Part shown: positions 7,206-17,221 of the stretch, one piece after another | Position numbering within the stretch: position 1 is the first letter of the stretch | Layout of the letters: each line of letters begins with the position of its first letter | The notes under the pieces: model-generated | The model's database searches: none | What the model was told of the DNA's origin: nothing | What the model saw: the letters and a program-made list of their open reading frames with translations, nothing else | Assembly: GCA_964629655.1 (NCBI GenBank) | Contig: CAZVQU010000001.1 | Span: 484,056 to 548,055 of the forward strand | Direction of reading: 5' to 3' | From: an uncultured Planctomycetia bacterium | GTDB taxonomy: Bacteria; Omnitrophota; Gorgyraeia; Duberdicusellales; 4484-171 | DNA length: 64,000 nucleotides | Translations under genes and position numbers: made by a program

Positions 7206-8354
7206 CTATTTTTTCCGTCTCAAGAAGCTTAAAGCCTCAAGATGCGGGGTGTGGGGGAAAAAGTCAAAAGGCTCAATGAAATCAAGGCTATATTGACCTA
7301 AGAACTCTTCCAAGTCCACAAAGAGCGCCTCAGGATTACAGGATGAATAGATGATATTCTTAGGTTCCAACCTTAAAATAGCCCTTATTATCTTGGGTGA
7401 AAGCCCGCAGCGGGGGGGGTTTACAACTAACAAATCAGTATTCTTATAAAATGCACCTTGAGTGTTAAGGAACTTTCTGGAATCAGCAGCAAAAAAAGAA
7501 ATATTATCAATTCCATTAATCTTAGCATTCTGCCAAGCTATGTCAACAATCTCCTTTTCTCTTTCTACACCCCAAACAAATTTTGCATCCCGGGCAAGAA
7601 ACATTCCGATAGAACCTACTCCGCAAAAAAGATCTAATACCTGCTCAAGGGAAGATAGTTTGGCACAATCTCTGATCTTCTTATAAAAACCTACTATGGC
7701 AGAAGGATTAACCTGAAAGAATGTATCAATACCAATTCTAAAAGTCAGATCATCTAATTTCTCTTCGATAAAAGGCTCGCCATATAAAAGTTCTTTTTTA
7801 TCAAAGACCACTGCGTCAGAGAACGAATCGCTAATAACCTGATAGATAGATTTAATCCTAGAATTTAATTTCAACGAAGTTAAAAGATCTGTGAACCCTT
7901 TAACATCCAAGGCTTCACTGCTACTGGTAACTATACCGATCATAATTTCTTTAGTGAATTTTGTTTCCCGAATAATTAAGTAACGCAGAAACCCTTGATG
8001 AGAATACTTATTATATACAGAATGCTTTCTCTTCTTAAAGAAATCTTTAATTGCTTTTATCAGGTCTCCTAAATCTGGAGAAAAGATAAGACATTCCTCT
8101 ATGTCTACCACCTTCCGCCTCTGCCTCTTGCTATAAAGGCCACAGACAAGTTCCTCCTGATCAGCAAAACTAAATTCCATCTTATTGCGATAGTACTCTG
8201 GATTAGAGGAATTAATCGGCCTTACCCCGGTATCAATTTTATGAGAAGTAGCTAAATCCTTAACCTTAGCTTCCTTGACAGCAAGCTGTTCTTTGTAAGG
8301 AATATCCTGGAAGCGACACCCTCCACACTCAAAGAAATGCTTACAAGTTCTCAT
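7206..8354 (-). CDS. 23S rRNA (uracil-C5)-methyltransferase RlmD/RumA family (no TRAM domain)
   Basis: N-terminal 4Fe-4S Cys cluster CKHFFECGGCRFQ. Class I SAM MTase motifs LDLFCGVGSIG. C-terminal catalytic Cys in YSSCNP. Confidence 0.7.
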   Translation of the reverse strand: MRTCKHFFECGGCRFQDIPYKEQLAVKEAKVKDLATSHKIDTGVRPINSSNPEYYRNKMEFSFADQEELVCGLYSKRQRRKVVDIEECLIFSPDLGDLIKAIKDFFKKRKHSVYNKYSHQGFLRYLIIRETKFTKEIMIGIVTSSSEALDVKGFTDLLTSLKLNSRIKSIYQVISDSFSDAVVFDKKELLYGEPFIEEKLDDLTFRIGIDTFFQVNPSAIVGFYKKIRDCAKLSSLEQVLDLFCGVGSIGMFLARDAKFVWGVEREKEIVDIAWQNAKINGIDNISFFAADSRKFLNTQGAFYKNTDLLVVNPPRCGLSPKIIRAILRLEPKNIIYSSCNPEALFVDLEEFLGQYSLDFIEPFDFFPHTPHLEALSFLRRKK

Positions 8355-8845
8355 CTTATGATTAAATCCTTTAACTTCTTTCGCCTTGGGCCTCGGGGAA
8401 AATCAAGAGGGAAACCTAGAGCTAAAACTGCTGCTAGCTCTAAGTTTTTAGGGGTTTTCAAGAGTTTGTGAAGCCGGGTTTTTTGATTTAAAATTTCACC
8501 TAACCAACAAGCCCCCAGGCCTTTAGAGTGAATAGAGATAAGCATATTCTGGATACAGGCACCGATTGCCATTAAATCCTTATCGCGGTTATAAGAATCT
8601 CCTTTATCAAAGAATACCACTATAAGCTTATCGGCACCTTTTACTATATCGGAATATTTTGTGCACTCAGCTAAAGAATCTTTGGCCTCTTTTACCAAAA
8701 CCATAAACTTCCAAGGTTGATTGTTGAGCCCTGAAGGAGCCCAGCGACCGGCCTCCAGAATGTTATCGATAATCTCTTTGCTAACATCTTTATTCTTGAA
8801 TCTCCTTACTGATCTTCTTGTCTTTATAAGTTCTAAAATATCCAT
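8351..8845 (-). CDS. Nitroreductase family protein
   Basis: IKTRRSVRRF start and GAxxQN(M)(L) motifs typical of FMN nitroreductases. 4-nt overlap with the downstream gene. Confidence 0.7.
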   Translation of the reverse strand: MDILELIKTRRSVRRFKNKDVSKEIIDNILEAGRWAPSGLNNQPWKFMVLVKEAKDSLAECTKYSDIVKGADKLIVVFFDKGDSYNRDKDLMAIGACIQNMLISIHSKGLGACWLGEILNQKTRLHKLLKTPKNLELAAVLALGFPLDFPRGPRRKKLKDLIIR

Positions 8846-8864
8846 AGTAATTACTTCCGGTGAA

Positions 8865-9773
8865 CTAAGCCCACCAATAGCCTAATTCTTTTAATATCCG
8901 CGGCCGATCCTGCCAATCTTCCAAAACCTTAACCCAAATATCTAAAAAGACTTTCTTATTGTAAATCTTCTCTATTTCTGGACGCGAGCGGCTTCCTACT
9001 TCCTTAAGTACTTCTCCGGCCTTGCCAATAACGATTCTCTTCTGAGAATTTCTCTTAACATAGATATTGGCTCTTATCGAAACTATCTTTTTCTTATTAT
9101 TTATCTCCTCGATCTCAACTGCTATAGAGTGCGGTAATTCTTTCTTAAGCTGCAAGAATAACTTTTCCCTTATGATGTCAGCAAGGCGAAATTTAAGCGG
9201 AAAATCAGTTAAAGAATTTGTATCATAATAAGGATGGGACTGTGGCAAGTTTTCTAAAATAGAATCTCTTAACTTATCAACGTCTTTTCCGGTCTTGGCT
9301 GATAAAGGCATGTAATAAATTAAAGGATTTCTCTTGCTCTCTGTCTTTTCAGCCCATAAATCAATGTAAGTATTAAGATACTTAAGCCCTAAGTCAACCT
9401 TATTTAAAACCATAATTGTTTTAACCCTTTGTCCGGTAATAATCCGCATTAACTCTGCCTCTTCCTTGCCGGGACGCCGAGATATATCCACCACATAAAT
9501 GACTAGATCGCAACCTTCCAGGGCTCTTTTAGCAACTGCATTTAAGTGCGAAGCTAACTTATCCTCAAAAGAATGGATACCCGGGGTATCAACAAAAATA
9601 ACTTGGGCATTTTCTAGATTTAGAATTCCTTTTATCTGATGGCGCGTGGTCTGGGGAATAGGAGAGATAATACTCACCTTATTATCTATCAGGGCATTAA
9701 GAAGGGTGGATTTGCCTACATTGGGCCTACCAAGAATAGTTACAAACCCTGATTTAAATTTTTTATTTTTCAT
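8865..9773 (-). CDS. era: GTPase Era
   Basis: G1 GRPNVGKSTLLN, DTPG, NKVD, and a C-terminal KH domain. Confidence 0.9.
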   Translation of the reverse strand: MKNKKFKSGFVTILGRPNVGKSTLLNALIDNKVSIISPIPQTTRHQIKGILNLENAQVIFVDTPGIHSFEDKLASHLNAVAKRALEGCDLVIYVVDISRRPGKEEAELMRIITGQRVKTIMVLNKVDLGLKYLNTYIDLWAEKTESKRNPLIYYMPLSAKTGKDVDKLRDSILENLPQSHPYYDTNSLTDFPLKFRLADIIREKLFLQLKKELPHSIAVEIEEINNKKKIVSIRANIYVKRNSQKRIVIGKAGEVLKEVGSRSRPEIEKIYNKKVFLDIWVKVLEDWQDRPRILKELGYWWA

Positions 9774-9791
9774 TTTCGCGAAAAGGTTATT

Positions 9792-11789
9792 TTATCCTTC
9801 CTTATAGCCCATCTTTAAAGACAGATCCAAAAACTCTCCCTTTAAAGGATTATAGCCGTGGTAGGCGAGTAGAAAATAAGCTGTTGAGGCAAGAGAACCG
9901 GTTCTACTTCCCTTGGGAGTCCGCCAACCGTGTCCGGTATCAACAAAAGGACTAGAAGCATAAGGAAGGCAAGGATCTGCCCGGCCGATACGAGAAGGAG
10001 AAGTTATAAGCATTTTCTGCAATTCATTAAAATAAAAAAACGCTTTTTCTAAATATTCTTTAGATTTCTTGGGATTTTTGTCTTTAAAATAATCGGCCAT
10101 AACCTCAAAAGCTAAAATCATCTGAGACGTCCACTCTCCGGATACTACCCCTCCCCGGGGAGCATTTTTAACTTTAGCAAAATCAAAGCCTCTTAATTTA
10201 ACCTCTCCTTTTTTCCGTTTAAATTTTGCGCCAACCTCACAATGTTCAACAGCAAACTTTAGAATTGACTCCGGATTCATCTTCAAAGATAAAAGATCTC
10301 CAGGGCCAAAAGCAGTTATTGACCACGCATAAGTATCAGTAGCTATAGTAGAATCACCTTTACCTCTTTTAACTAAAGACCCGTAATCGGTATAGGAATA
10401 GCGTGAAATCCACCTCTTTACGTTCTCAGCGGTATTCAAATGTTTTTTCTTGCCAGTAACCTCATAAAACAACTTAAAAAAAGCAGAAACATCTAGATTG
10501 TGCTCGGTAGAATACCAAGGCAAATCCGGGCCTCCTCTTACCCCGCCTTCACCATCCATCATTGCCAAGAGGAAATTAGATACTTTCTTAACTATAGGTA
10601 GGTACTTTTTATCACCAGTTTCCTTGGTATAGCAAAGAGCCGCCAAACCCAACCAAGCATTTGGTCCGCTATGAAGCACATACTCAAAGACATCACCTTG
10701 AGTAAAGTAAGCATTGTAAATATCCTGACCTTGGTTTATCTTCTTGAGGTAAAAGTCTAATATTTTCTCAGCTCTAAGTTTATCCCCGGAAATAAGAAAT
10801 ACAATAGCCGCTAAAGACTGATCATAAGTAAAACAAACTCTCTCTAAACTGTTATCCCCTTCATAGCTTAATACCAATCCCCTCCTTAAATCCTGACGGT
10901 TCTTTATCCAACCATACATTCCTTTAATTATCTTCTGGGAAGATTTTACCTCTTCTCTTTGCAGACTTTCAACTGCCTCTTGAATCTCCGAGACTGCGGT
11001 TTTGCTCTCTTTTTCTTTGGTCTTTAAAAAATCATTCTCTCTCCTGAGGCTGGCCAGCTCTAACTCAAGAACAGCAAGTTTCTTCTTAAAACCCAAAGCT
11101 TCTTCTGATGAAGTCGAACTACTATTATTGTTAGCAACCAGGGCATCATATTTGTCCTGCCAGAGAACAACCTCTTTATTGAGTGACTCAATGGCTAGCT
11201 CTAAATTCGATTGTCGCTGTTTAAGAAATTCTTCCTCGCCAAGTCCTTCTTTTAATACTTCCTCAAGAGATGAACGTTTCTCTAGAATACTCACATAATC
11301 ACTTACTAACTTTCTGTTCTTTCTTGCTAAAGAATCCATGCGCCAGAACAAAGAAAGGGAGAAGAAAATAAGCACAGTCATAATCGCACCTATGACAATC
11401 GGTGTCGATTTTTTAACTAGAGCATATCTAAATAGAGAGCTTGCTTCTCTATTGTTAGCTTTTAAAAACTTTAACCCTATTACATAACGGTTAAAATCTT
11501 TTAGTCTTTGTTTTCTAACCCAACTTGCCCGAGCCGTTAAGCACATTGGCGAATGTTTAAAGGGAAGATTTATTTTCAGGAATAGCTGAATATCTTTCTG
11601 TTTTAGGCGCTCAGCAAGCCCCCACCAAAGATCATTCATCAAGAGACAGATACCGCCCTTTCCTATATCGTGGGTAAAGCCCTGAAGCCAAGGCGTAAAT
11701 TTCTTACCATTAGCGTCAAAGACAAAAAACTCAATTGGCAAAACAGTAGAGATTCTTATATACCTTCTCTTGTCGCTTGCTTGTTTCAT
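9792..11789 (-). CDS. PilZ domain / TM helix / coiled-coil / alpha-alpha-toroid-like C-terminal domain protein
   Basis: N-terminal RRYIRIS...DIGKGG PilZ signature. One hydrophobic helix (IVIGAIMTVLIFFSLSLFW). A ~130-aa heptad-rich segment. A C-terminal ~360-aa domain with GGVRGGPD and TDTYAW motifs reminiscent of (alpha/alpha)6 hydrolase/toroid folds. The family is not identified. Confidence 0.55.
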   Translation of the reverse strand: MKQASDKRRYIRISTVLPIEFFVFDANGKKFTPWLQGFTHDIGKGGICLLMNDLWWGLAERLKQKDIQLFLKINLPFKHSPMCLTARASWVRKQRLKDFNRYVIGLKFLKANNREASSLFRYALVKKSTPIVIGAIMTVLIFFSLSLFWRMDSLARKNRKLVSDYVSILEKRSSLEEVLKEGLGEEEFLKQRQSNLELAIESLNKEVVLWQDKYDALVANNNSSSTSSEEALGFKKKLAVLELELASLRRENDFLKTKEKESKTAVSEIQEAVESLQREEVKSSQKIIKGMYGWIKNRQDLRRGLVLSYEGDNSLERVCFTYDQSLAAIVFLISGDKLRAEKILDFYLKKINQGQDIYNAYFTQGDVFEYVLHSGPNAWLGLAALCYTKETGDKKYLPIVKKVSNFLLAMMDGEGGVRGGPDLPWYSTEHNLDVSAFFKLFYEVTGKKKHLNTAENVKRWISRYSYTDYGSLVKRGKGDSTIATDTYAWSITAFGPGDLLSLKMNPESILKFAVEHCEVGAKFKRKKGEVKLRGFDFAKVKNAPRGGVVSGEWTSQMILAFEVMADYFKDKNPKKSKEYLEKAFFYFNELQKMLITSPSRIGRADPCLPYASSPFVDTGHGWRTPKGSRTGSLASTAYFLLAYHGYNPLKGEFLDLSLKMGYKEG

Positions 11790-14149
11790 TTTTTCTTTTC
11801 TAAAATTATTTCTTCACGTAAAAGGTAGAGGGCTCTTTTAAGATATTCCTTAAAATCTTCATAATCTTCTCTTTCTACAAATCTCTTTTTAACTCTGAAT
11901 AGTTGATTAAAAATAACCGAATCGGAGCCTTTCCGATAAGAGACCTCAAGTACAAACCAAGGATTTTCTAAATTAGTAGAGCGCGGTAAGTATTTGACCC
12001 TTAAATTCTTCGGCAAGGTTATGCTTATGTTTGCGCCAATATTATAAATTCCCTCAAAATCAATCGGATATTTCCTATCCTCTTTACTGATCAAAGCATG
12101 ATCAAGGTATACTTGGTCTAAGACCGGCACAATCCTTAAGTCTCTAGCTGGATTAAGAAATTCTTCGGTCTCGAATCTATAGGTAAGCATGGGTTGAATA
12201 TCAAAATCATCAACATCGCTTATCTGATAATCAATCAACTTAGACAATGATGATATCTCCATCATCTTCTGCTGGATTTCTTCCTTTATTATGGCCGGAT
12301 GAGTATACTTTAAATACCAGCGGTAAGAGGACGAGTAGAACCCTTGAGTTGATACTTGTCGCCTAATCGCTGCGCTCTCATCCTCGTTAATCACTATATC
12401 CATCTTATAAGCAAGCTTATTATCTTCTAAGGTATTAATCTTAGCTATGCGCCAAGAATCATCGGTAAATACTAATACTGACCTATCTTGATCAGCAAGA
12501 GGAACATATTCAAAAGCTGTAGTCTCAGCTGTAGGGTCCATAAAAATTAATTCCCCGTCTATCTCAACAGCACAAATAGCATGGTCAAAGATAACAGCCG
12601 GGAAGTCTCCATCCATAGAGTAAGTACTACGAGTAGGTATCAACAACGGGTATCCTTTTAAGCCGGCATGCTTTAGCATCGCCACTAAAAGAATTGCCTG
12701 ATCTTTGCAATCACCATACTTATTCATGAATACTTCATTGGCATAGTGCGGCTCATGGCCACTCTCTCCATACTCTATGGCTACATAGCGAATATTTCTA
12801 GCTACGAATTCATACAACACTTTTGCCTTGTCGTAACCAGCAATAGCATCTTTGGTTAGCTCTCCTACAAAGTCTTTTACTTCTCTGTTTAGCTTAAGTT
12901 TATCTTTGTAGAGAGACCTCCACCACTTATAGATTTCATCCCAGGAAGAAAAACTAGAGACCAAGATCGACGGGTTAATATCGGAGGCATTAGGCATGCT
13001 ATACTCGGGAATAATAGACTTTATTTCATCAAACCGCCAAGAGTATATTTTTTTGCCTTTTCTTTCAATTACCTTAGGTTCAAGGCTAACACCCTCTGCA
13101 TACTCTTTGTTTAAAAACTTAAAATTGATATCTCGATTACTGGGGACAATAAGATCAAACTCACTCTTAAAAACAGGATAGCCTTCACGAAGGCGATAAG
13201 CGAAACTAAAGTCATCTTCATTCATTAACTTGGAAGAACGAATTTTTACCTTATACTCGATAAAAGAACCAACCTCTACTGAAGGCATGGAAACAATAAA
13301 TGCTCGGGAATTGCTGTAGAGAGGGAAATTTAGATATCGACTTACATCACGAATGCTTTCCCCTCCGGCATAGATTACCTTACCATCTTTAGTTATTGTC
13401 CGGGCATATTCTAGCTCTATCTTCTCGTAGGTAGAATCATACCCCATCTCGACCTCAGCTAAACCTTTACCTCTCTCTTGCAGAATTTTCTCTATAACGT
13501 GTACCGTAGATACAGAAGTATTGTCAGGCTTAATTTCAACCTCCTCATCAACCAATAGGTATATTGCCCCCTCATCTTCTAATCTCTTAATAAATTCTTC
13601 AGCTTGCTTAGAAACAGCTACTACTTCTTCGGGAATCCTATCGTCTACCCTGACCTTAATTGATTTTACTCTTTCTAAAGCCTTGGTCTTAAAAGGGGCA
13701 CCCACTTTCTTATATATTTTAAGAGCCTTGGGAAATAAGTTTTTATCCTCCAAAACCTGTCCATAGAGATAGAGGTACTCATTATCTTTGGGAATAGGCT
13801 TTATCTGCTCAAAGATCTCAATAGCGTAATCATAGTCCTTTGCCTTGACCAAAGCTTTTACTAAAATTATCTTTGCCCCTTTATTGTCTACGCTTTCCAG
13901 AATCTCTCTTACCTGTGAATAATCTTTAAAATCATAGTAAAGCTTCGCTAACTTAAGCTTCAGCTCTAAATCATCAGGGTTAAGCTCTAGGAGCTGACGA
14001 TGCTGCGTAACTAACTCCTGATAACGACCTTTAAGCTCTTCTAAACCGATAACACTATCGTCGGAAGGCCCTTTGGAGGTTTGGACGCAACCAAGTGAGC
14101 CAAGAAAAAGTATTATTACTATTAGCTTAGGTAATGATTTTAGAAACAT
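11786..14149 (-). CDS. Lipoprotein with TPR repeats, a DUF3857-like region and a transglutaminase-like cysteine protease domain
   Basis: Lipobox LGSLGCV. N-terminal TPR-like repeats. Transglutaminase core GDCKDQAILLVAMLKHAGL with downstream His/Asp. 4-nt overlap with the PilZ gene. Confidence 0.6.
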   Translation of the reverse strand: MFLKSLPKLIVIILFLGSLGCVQTSKGPSDDSVIGLEELKGRYQELVTQHRQLLELNPDDLELKLKLAKLYYDFKDYSQVREILESVDNKGAKIILVKALVKAKDYDYAIEIFEQIKPIPKDNEYLYLYGQVLEDKNLFPKALKIYKKVGAPFKTKALERVKSIKVRVDDRIPEEVVAVSKQAEEFIKRLEDEGAIYLLVDEEVEIKPDNTSVSTVHVIEKILQERGKGLAEVEMGYDSTYEKIELEYARTITKDGKVIYAGGESIRDVSRYLNFPLYSNSRAFIVSMPSVEVGSFIEYKVKIRSSKLMNEDDFSFAYRLREGYPVFKSEFDLIVPSNRDINFKFLNKEYAEGVSLEPKVIERKGKKIYSWRFDEIKSIIPEYSMPNASDINPSILVSSFSSWDEIYKWWRSLYKDKLKLNREVKDFVGELTKDAIAGYDKAKVLYEFVARNIRYVAIEYGESGHEPHYANEVFMNKYGDCKDQAILLVAMLKHAGLKGYPLLIPTRSTYSMDGDFPAVIFDHAICAVEIDGELIFMDPTAETTAFEYVPLADQDRSVLVFTDDSWRIAKINTLEDNKLAYKMDIVINEDESAAIRRQVSTQGFYSSSYRWYLKYTHPAIIKEEIQQKMMEISSLSKLIDYQISDVDDFDIQPMLTYRFETEEFLNPARDLRIVPVLDQVYLDHALISKEDRKYPIDFEGIYNIGANISITLPKNLRVKYLPRSTNLENPWFVLEVSYRKGSDSVIFNQLFRVKKRFVEREDYEDFKEYLKRALYLLREEIILEKKK

Positions 14150-14227
14150 CTTTTGTTGGTTGATTGGACTCTACGATCTATGATAATTTAAGGGTAAAGC
14201 TAGATACCAAGAAATAAAGATTAGAAG

Positions 14228-15376
14228 TTACAGTTTACTTAAGAATCTCTCTATCCTTACCGCAGCCTCTCTTAAGTTTTCTAGGGAATTAGCATAGGAA
14301 ATTCTTATGTAAGAATCGAACTCTTCACCGAATGCTGTTCCGGGCACTACAGCAACTTTTTCTTGTAGTAATAGTTTCTTAGCAAAATCTAAAGCATTTA
14401 TTTTATATTTCTTTACTGAAGAAAAACAATAGAATGCTCCCTGAGGTTTAACCGTAGAGAGTCCTAAGCGGTTGAACTCCTTAACTATGAAATCCCGTCG
14501 CTTCTGGTATTCTCTTTGCATCTGGCTTACTTCCTTTCTCGCCCCTAGAGCTTCAACTGCAGCAATCTGAGACACAATCGGTCCACAAAGCATTGAATAT
14601 GAGTGTATCTTAGTCATTGCTGAGATAATCTCTTTATCTGCGCAAGCAAAGCCGACTCTAAAACCAGTCATAGCATAGCCCTTAGAGAATCCATTAAGCA
14701 AAATTGTTTTCTTTTTTGCTTTTTTGCTCAGAGAAGAGAATGGAACATGAGCTTTGCCATAGTTTAACTCATCATAAGTCTCATCGCTAATGACAACAAT
14801 GTCTTTCTTGGATAAAATATTCCAAATCTGGCTTAATTCTTTGTGGCTATAGGTTACGCCGGTAGGATTAGAGGGATAATTTAATATTATTGCTTTAGGA
14901 TTTTGTGCAAGCAAGCCCTTAAGTTTCCCAAGATTAATCTTAAAACCCTCTTCTTCCTTGGTTGGCAAATAAAGTACTTTGCCACAACATACCTCGACCA
15001 TAGCCGGATAAGCAACATAATAAGGGGTAACTACGACAACCTTATCACCGGGCTCTAAGATAGCTCTTAAAGCCAAATCCAGACCTTCGCTAACTCCAAC
15101 TGTAATAAGGGTTTCTCCCTCAGGGGCATAGTTTAAAGAATATTTCTTCTCAAGAAGGTTGGTGATACCTTTACGCAGAATAAAAAGGCCCTGGTTAGAG
15201 GTGTAAGATGTCAGTCCCTCCTCTAGGGCAGTAATTGCCTTTTCTCTAATTCTCCAGGGAGTGATGAAGTCAGGTTCACCTACGCCCAGAGAAATAACCT
15301 CGGGCATTCCGAGAACTAAATCAAAGAATTCCCTTATCCCCGAAGGGGGTATTTTTTTTATTCTTTTTGATATCAT
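14228..15376 (-). CDS. Pyridoxal-phosphate-dependent aminotransferase, class I/II (aspartate aminotransferase family)
   Basis: SFSKGYAMTGFRVGF PLP-Lys motif and NPTG motif. 382 aa. Confidence 0.85.
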   Translation of the reverse strand: MISKRIKKIPPSGIREFFDLVLGMPEVISLGVGEPDFITPWRIREKAITALEEGLTSYTSNQGLFILRKGITNLLEKKYSLNYAPEGETLITVGVSEGLDLALRAILEPGDKVVVVTPYYVAYPAMVEVCCGKVLYLPTKEEEGFKINLGKLKGLLAQNPKAIILNYPSNPTGVTYSHKELSQIWNILSKKDIVVISDETYDELNYGKAHVPFSSLSKKAKKKTILLNGFSKGYAMTGFRVGFACADKEIISAMTKIHSYSMLCGPIVSQIAAVEALGARKEVSQMQREYQKRRDFIVKEFNRLGLSTVKPQGAFYCFSSVKKYKINALDFAKKLLLQEKVAVVPGTAFGEEFDSYIRISYANSLENLREAAVRIERFLSKL

Positions 15377-15377
15377 A

Positions 15378-15857
15378 TTAATATGTTATTGGTAATCGCT
15401 GGCTCTTCTCTCCCTTTACTAAGATTACCCCATCCTCTTTGTATTTCTTAAGCATAAAGTGAGTAGCTGTACCTCTCACTGAGCTCAAAGGTGCTAACTT
15501 CTCAGAGACAAAACTTGCCACTGTCTGTATATCCTCTCCGCAAACCTCAAGAAGCAAATCGTAAGTGCCAGAAAGAAGATAGCAACTCTTTACCTCTGGA
15601 AATCTGTAAATTCTCTGAGCGACTAAATCAAAACCGACATCTTTTTGAGGAGCGACCTTAACTTCAATCAAAGCAACTACTCCTTTACTATCAGTCTTCT
15701 GCTTATTTATGATTGTTTTATACTTTACAATTACTCCTTTTTTCTCATAGTTCTTCATTGCTCGTTCGACATCTTTCTTGCTTTTACCAGTTAATTTCTC
15801 TAAATCTTCCAAAGAAATCCTTGCATTGCTCTCCAAAATTTCTAGTACATCATCCAT
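15378..15857 (-). CDS. Lrp/AsnC family transcriptional regulator
   Basis: N-terminal HTH (ILEILESNARISLEDLEKLTG) and a C-terminal RAM/AsnC_trans domain. 2 nt upstream of the aminotransferase gene. Confidence 0.7.
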   Translation of the reverse strand: MDDVLEILESNARISLEDLEKLTGKSKKDVERAMKNYEKKGVIVKYKTIINKQKTDSKGVVALIEVKVAPQKDVGFDLVAQRIYRFPEVKSCYLLSGTYDLLLEVCGEDIQTVASFVSEKLAPLSSVRGTATHFMLKKYKEDGVILVKGEKSQRLPITY

Positions 15858-15953
15858 AACTACCTCCTTCTAATAATTAGCGATATTAATGATTTAATAC
15901 CCCTAATAAATACCTACCTATTTTATCAAAATAACCCTTAAATTCATAGCAAA

Positions 15954-16781
15954 TTAATTGCCTTTGGGTTCTTTTACCTTCAGAATACGGCTTAATTTTA
16001 TGCGTGAGGAGTTTTCTCCCTTACCCTGGAAAAGAAGATAAAAATACCTCCCTTCTTGCAAGATGCGAAGCGGCAGAACTTCTTCCTCTTTCAAGGTATT
16101 ATCTGAAGAAAAATACTTTATTCCTAAAGCTTCCTTCTTTTCTATCGCCGCATTGAGAAAAAGTGTCTTTTTTTCTTCTTTTGATCTAAAAATCTCATTA
16201 TTCAGACCATAGAGAGAGACGAATTCGTCCAATTTTTCTATTCTTTTCTCTTTGAAAATATCAAGGAGCTTTACGAACACTTGAAGAGCAATGGAAGCAT
16301 CGCCTAAAGCCCGATGCAACCCTTGGCTACAATCAATATTGAAAAATTTAGCTGTTGCCTCTAGATTGTATCTGGTCAGCTTAAGAGTATCCCTGGCCAT
16401 GGAGAGAATATCTACTGCTGGTAATTCTAAAGGTGGACGGTTGGATTTCTTTAGATGGTTATTAATAAAACCGACATCAAACTTAATATTGTAAGCACAA
16501 ATTATAGACTCACCCAAGAATGACACAAATTCATCAGCTATATCTTCAAAATAAGGAGCATCTTTTAACTCCTCCTGGGATATCTTATGGACATCGTAAG
16601 CCTGAGCAGGCATATTTCTGTTAGGGTTAATTAAGCTGTGAAACTTATCGATGATTTTTCTCCTCTTAACCTTAAAAGCCCCGATTTCGCATATCGAATC
16701 TCCGGTAACTACGTCTAAGCCGGTAGTTTCTAAATCAAGAACTACTAGATCAAGATCTTCGATATTCTTTGCTAAGTCCAT
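15954..16781 (-). CDS. 3'-5' exonuclease (DnaQ/DEDDh epsilon-like) with a C-terminal extension
   Basis: Exo I DLVVLDLETTG. Exo II/III motifs (YNIKFDVGF and a GLHRALGDA-type H.(A)..D). A ~90-aa C-terminal tail of unknown fold. Confidence 0.7.
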   Translation of the reverse strand: MDLAKNIEDLDLVVLDLETTGLDVVTGDSICEIGAFKVKRRKIIDKFHSLINPNRNMPAQAYDVHKISQEELKDAPYFEDIADEFVSFLGESIICAYNIKFDVGFINNHLKKSNRPPLELPAVDILSMARDTLKLTRYNLEATAKFFNIDCSQGLHRALGDASIALQVFVKLLDIFKEKRIEKLDEFVSLYGLNNEIFRSKEEKKTLFLNAAIEKKEALGIKYFSSDNTLKEEEVLPLRILQEGRYFYLLFQGKGENSSRIKLSRILKVKEPKGN

Positions 16782-16792
16782 CTTTTAAAGAT

Positions 16793-17203
16793 TTAGGTAA
16801 TTATTTTAGCGACAATTTTTCTATCCCTAGCCCGAGTATCAAAATCAATTAAAACTACCTGTTGCCAAGTTCCTAAATCAAGTTTGCCGCCAGTTACTGA
16901 AACAAAAAGGTGAGTTTTGATAAAAGAACTCCTTAAATGCGAGTGACCGTTATCGTCAGACCAGGCAAAATTATGAGCATAATCATCTCTATAAGGCAAG
17001 AGGTCTTCAAGCGCATGTTTTAGGTCTTTCACCAGGCCCCCCTCATACTCCATGGTGGTAAGAGCAGCGGTTGAGCCAATGACTGATAAAAAGATAATTC
17101 CGTCTTCTACCTTTTCATCTTCTATGCTCTTTTGTAATTGTAGGGTAATATCTATAATATCGCTATTACCCTTTGTCTTTACCTTTATGTATATTGTCAA
17201 CAT
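16793..17203 (-). CDS. YjbQ/UPF0047 family protein (secondary thiamine-phosphate synthase-like), copy 1
   Basis: Family-typical size, with GIIFLSVIGSTAALTTMEYE, HSHL and LDLGTWQQVVLIDFD motifs. Confidence 0.75.
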   Translation of the reverse strand: MLTIYIKVKTKGNSDIIDITLQLQKSIEDEKVEDGIIFLSVIGSTAALTTMEYEGGLVKDLKHALEDLLPYRDDYAHNFAWSDDNGHSHLRSSFIKTHLFVSVTGGKLDLGTWQQVVLIDFDTRARDRKIVAKIIT

Positions 17204-17221
17204 AAGTTTGATTGTAAGGCC

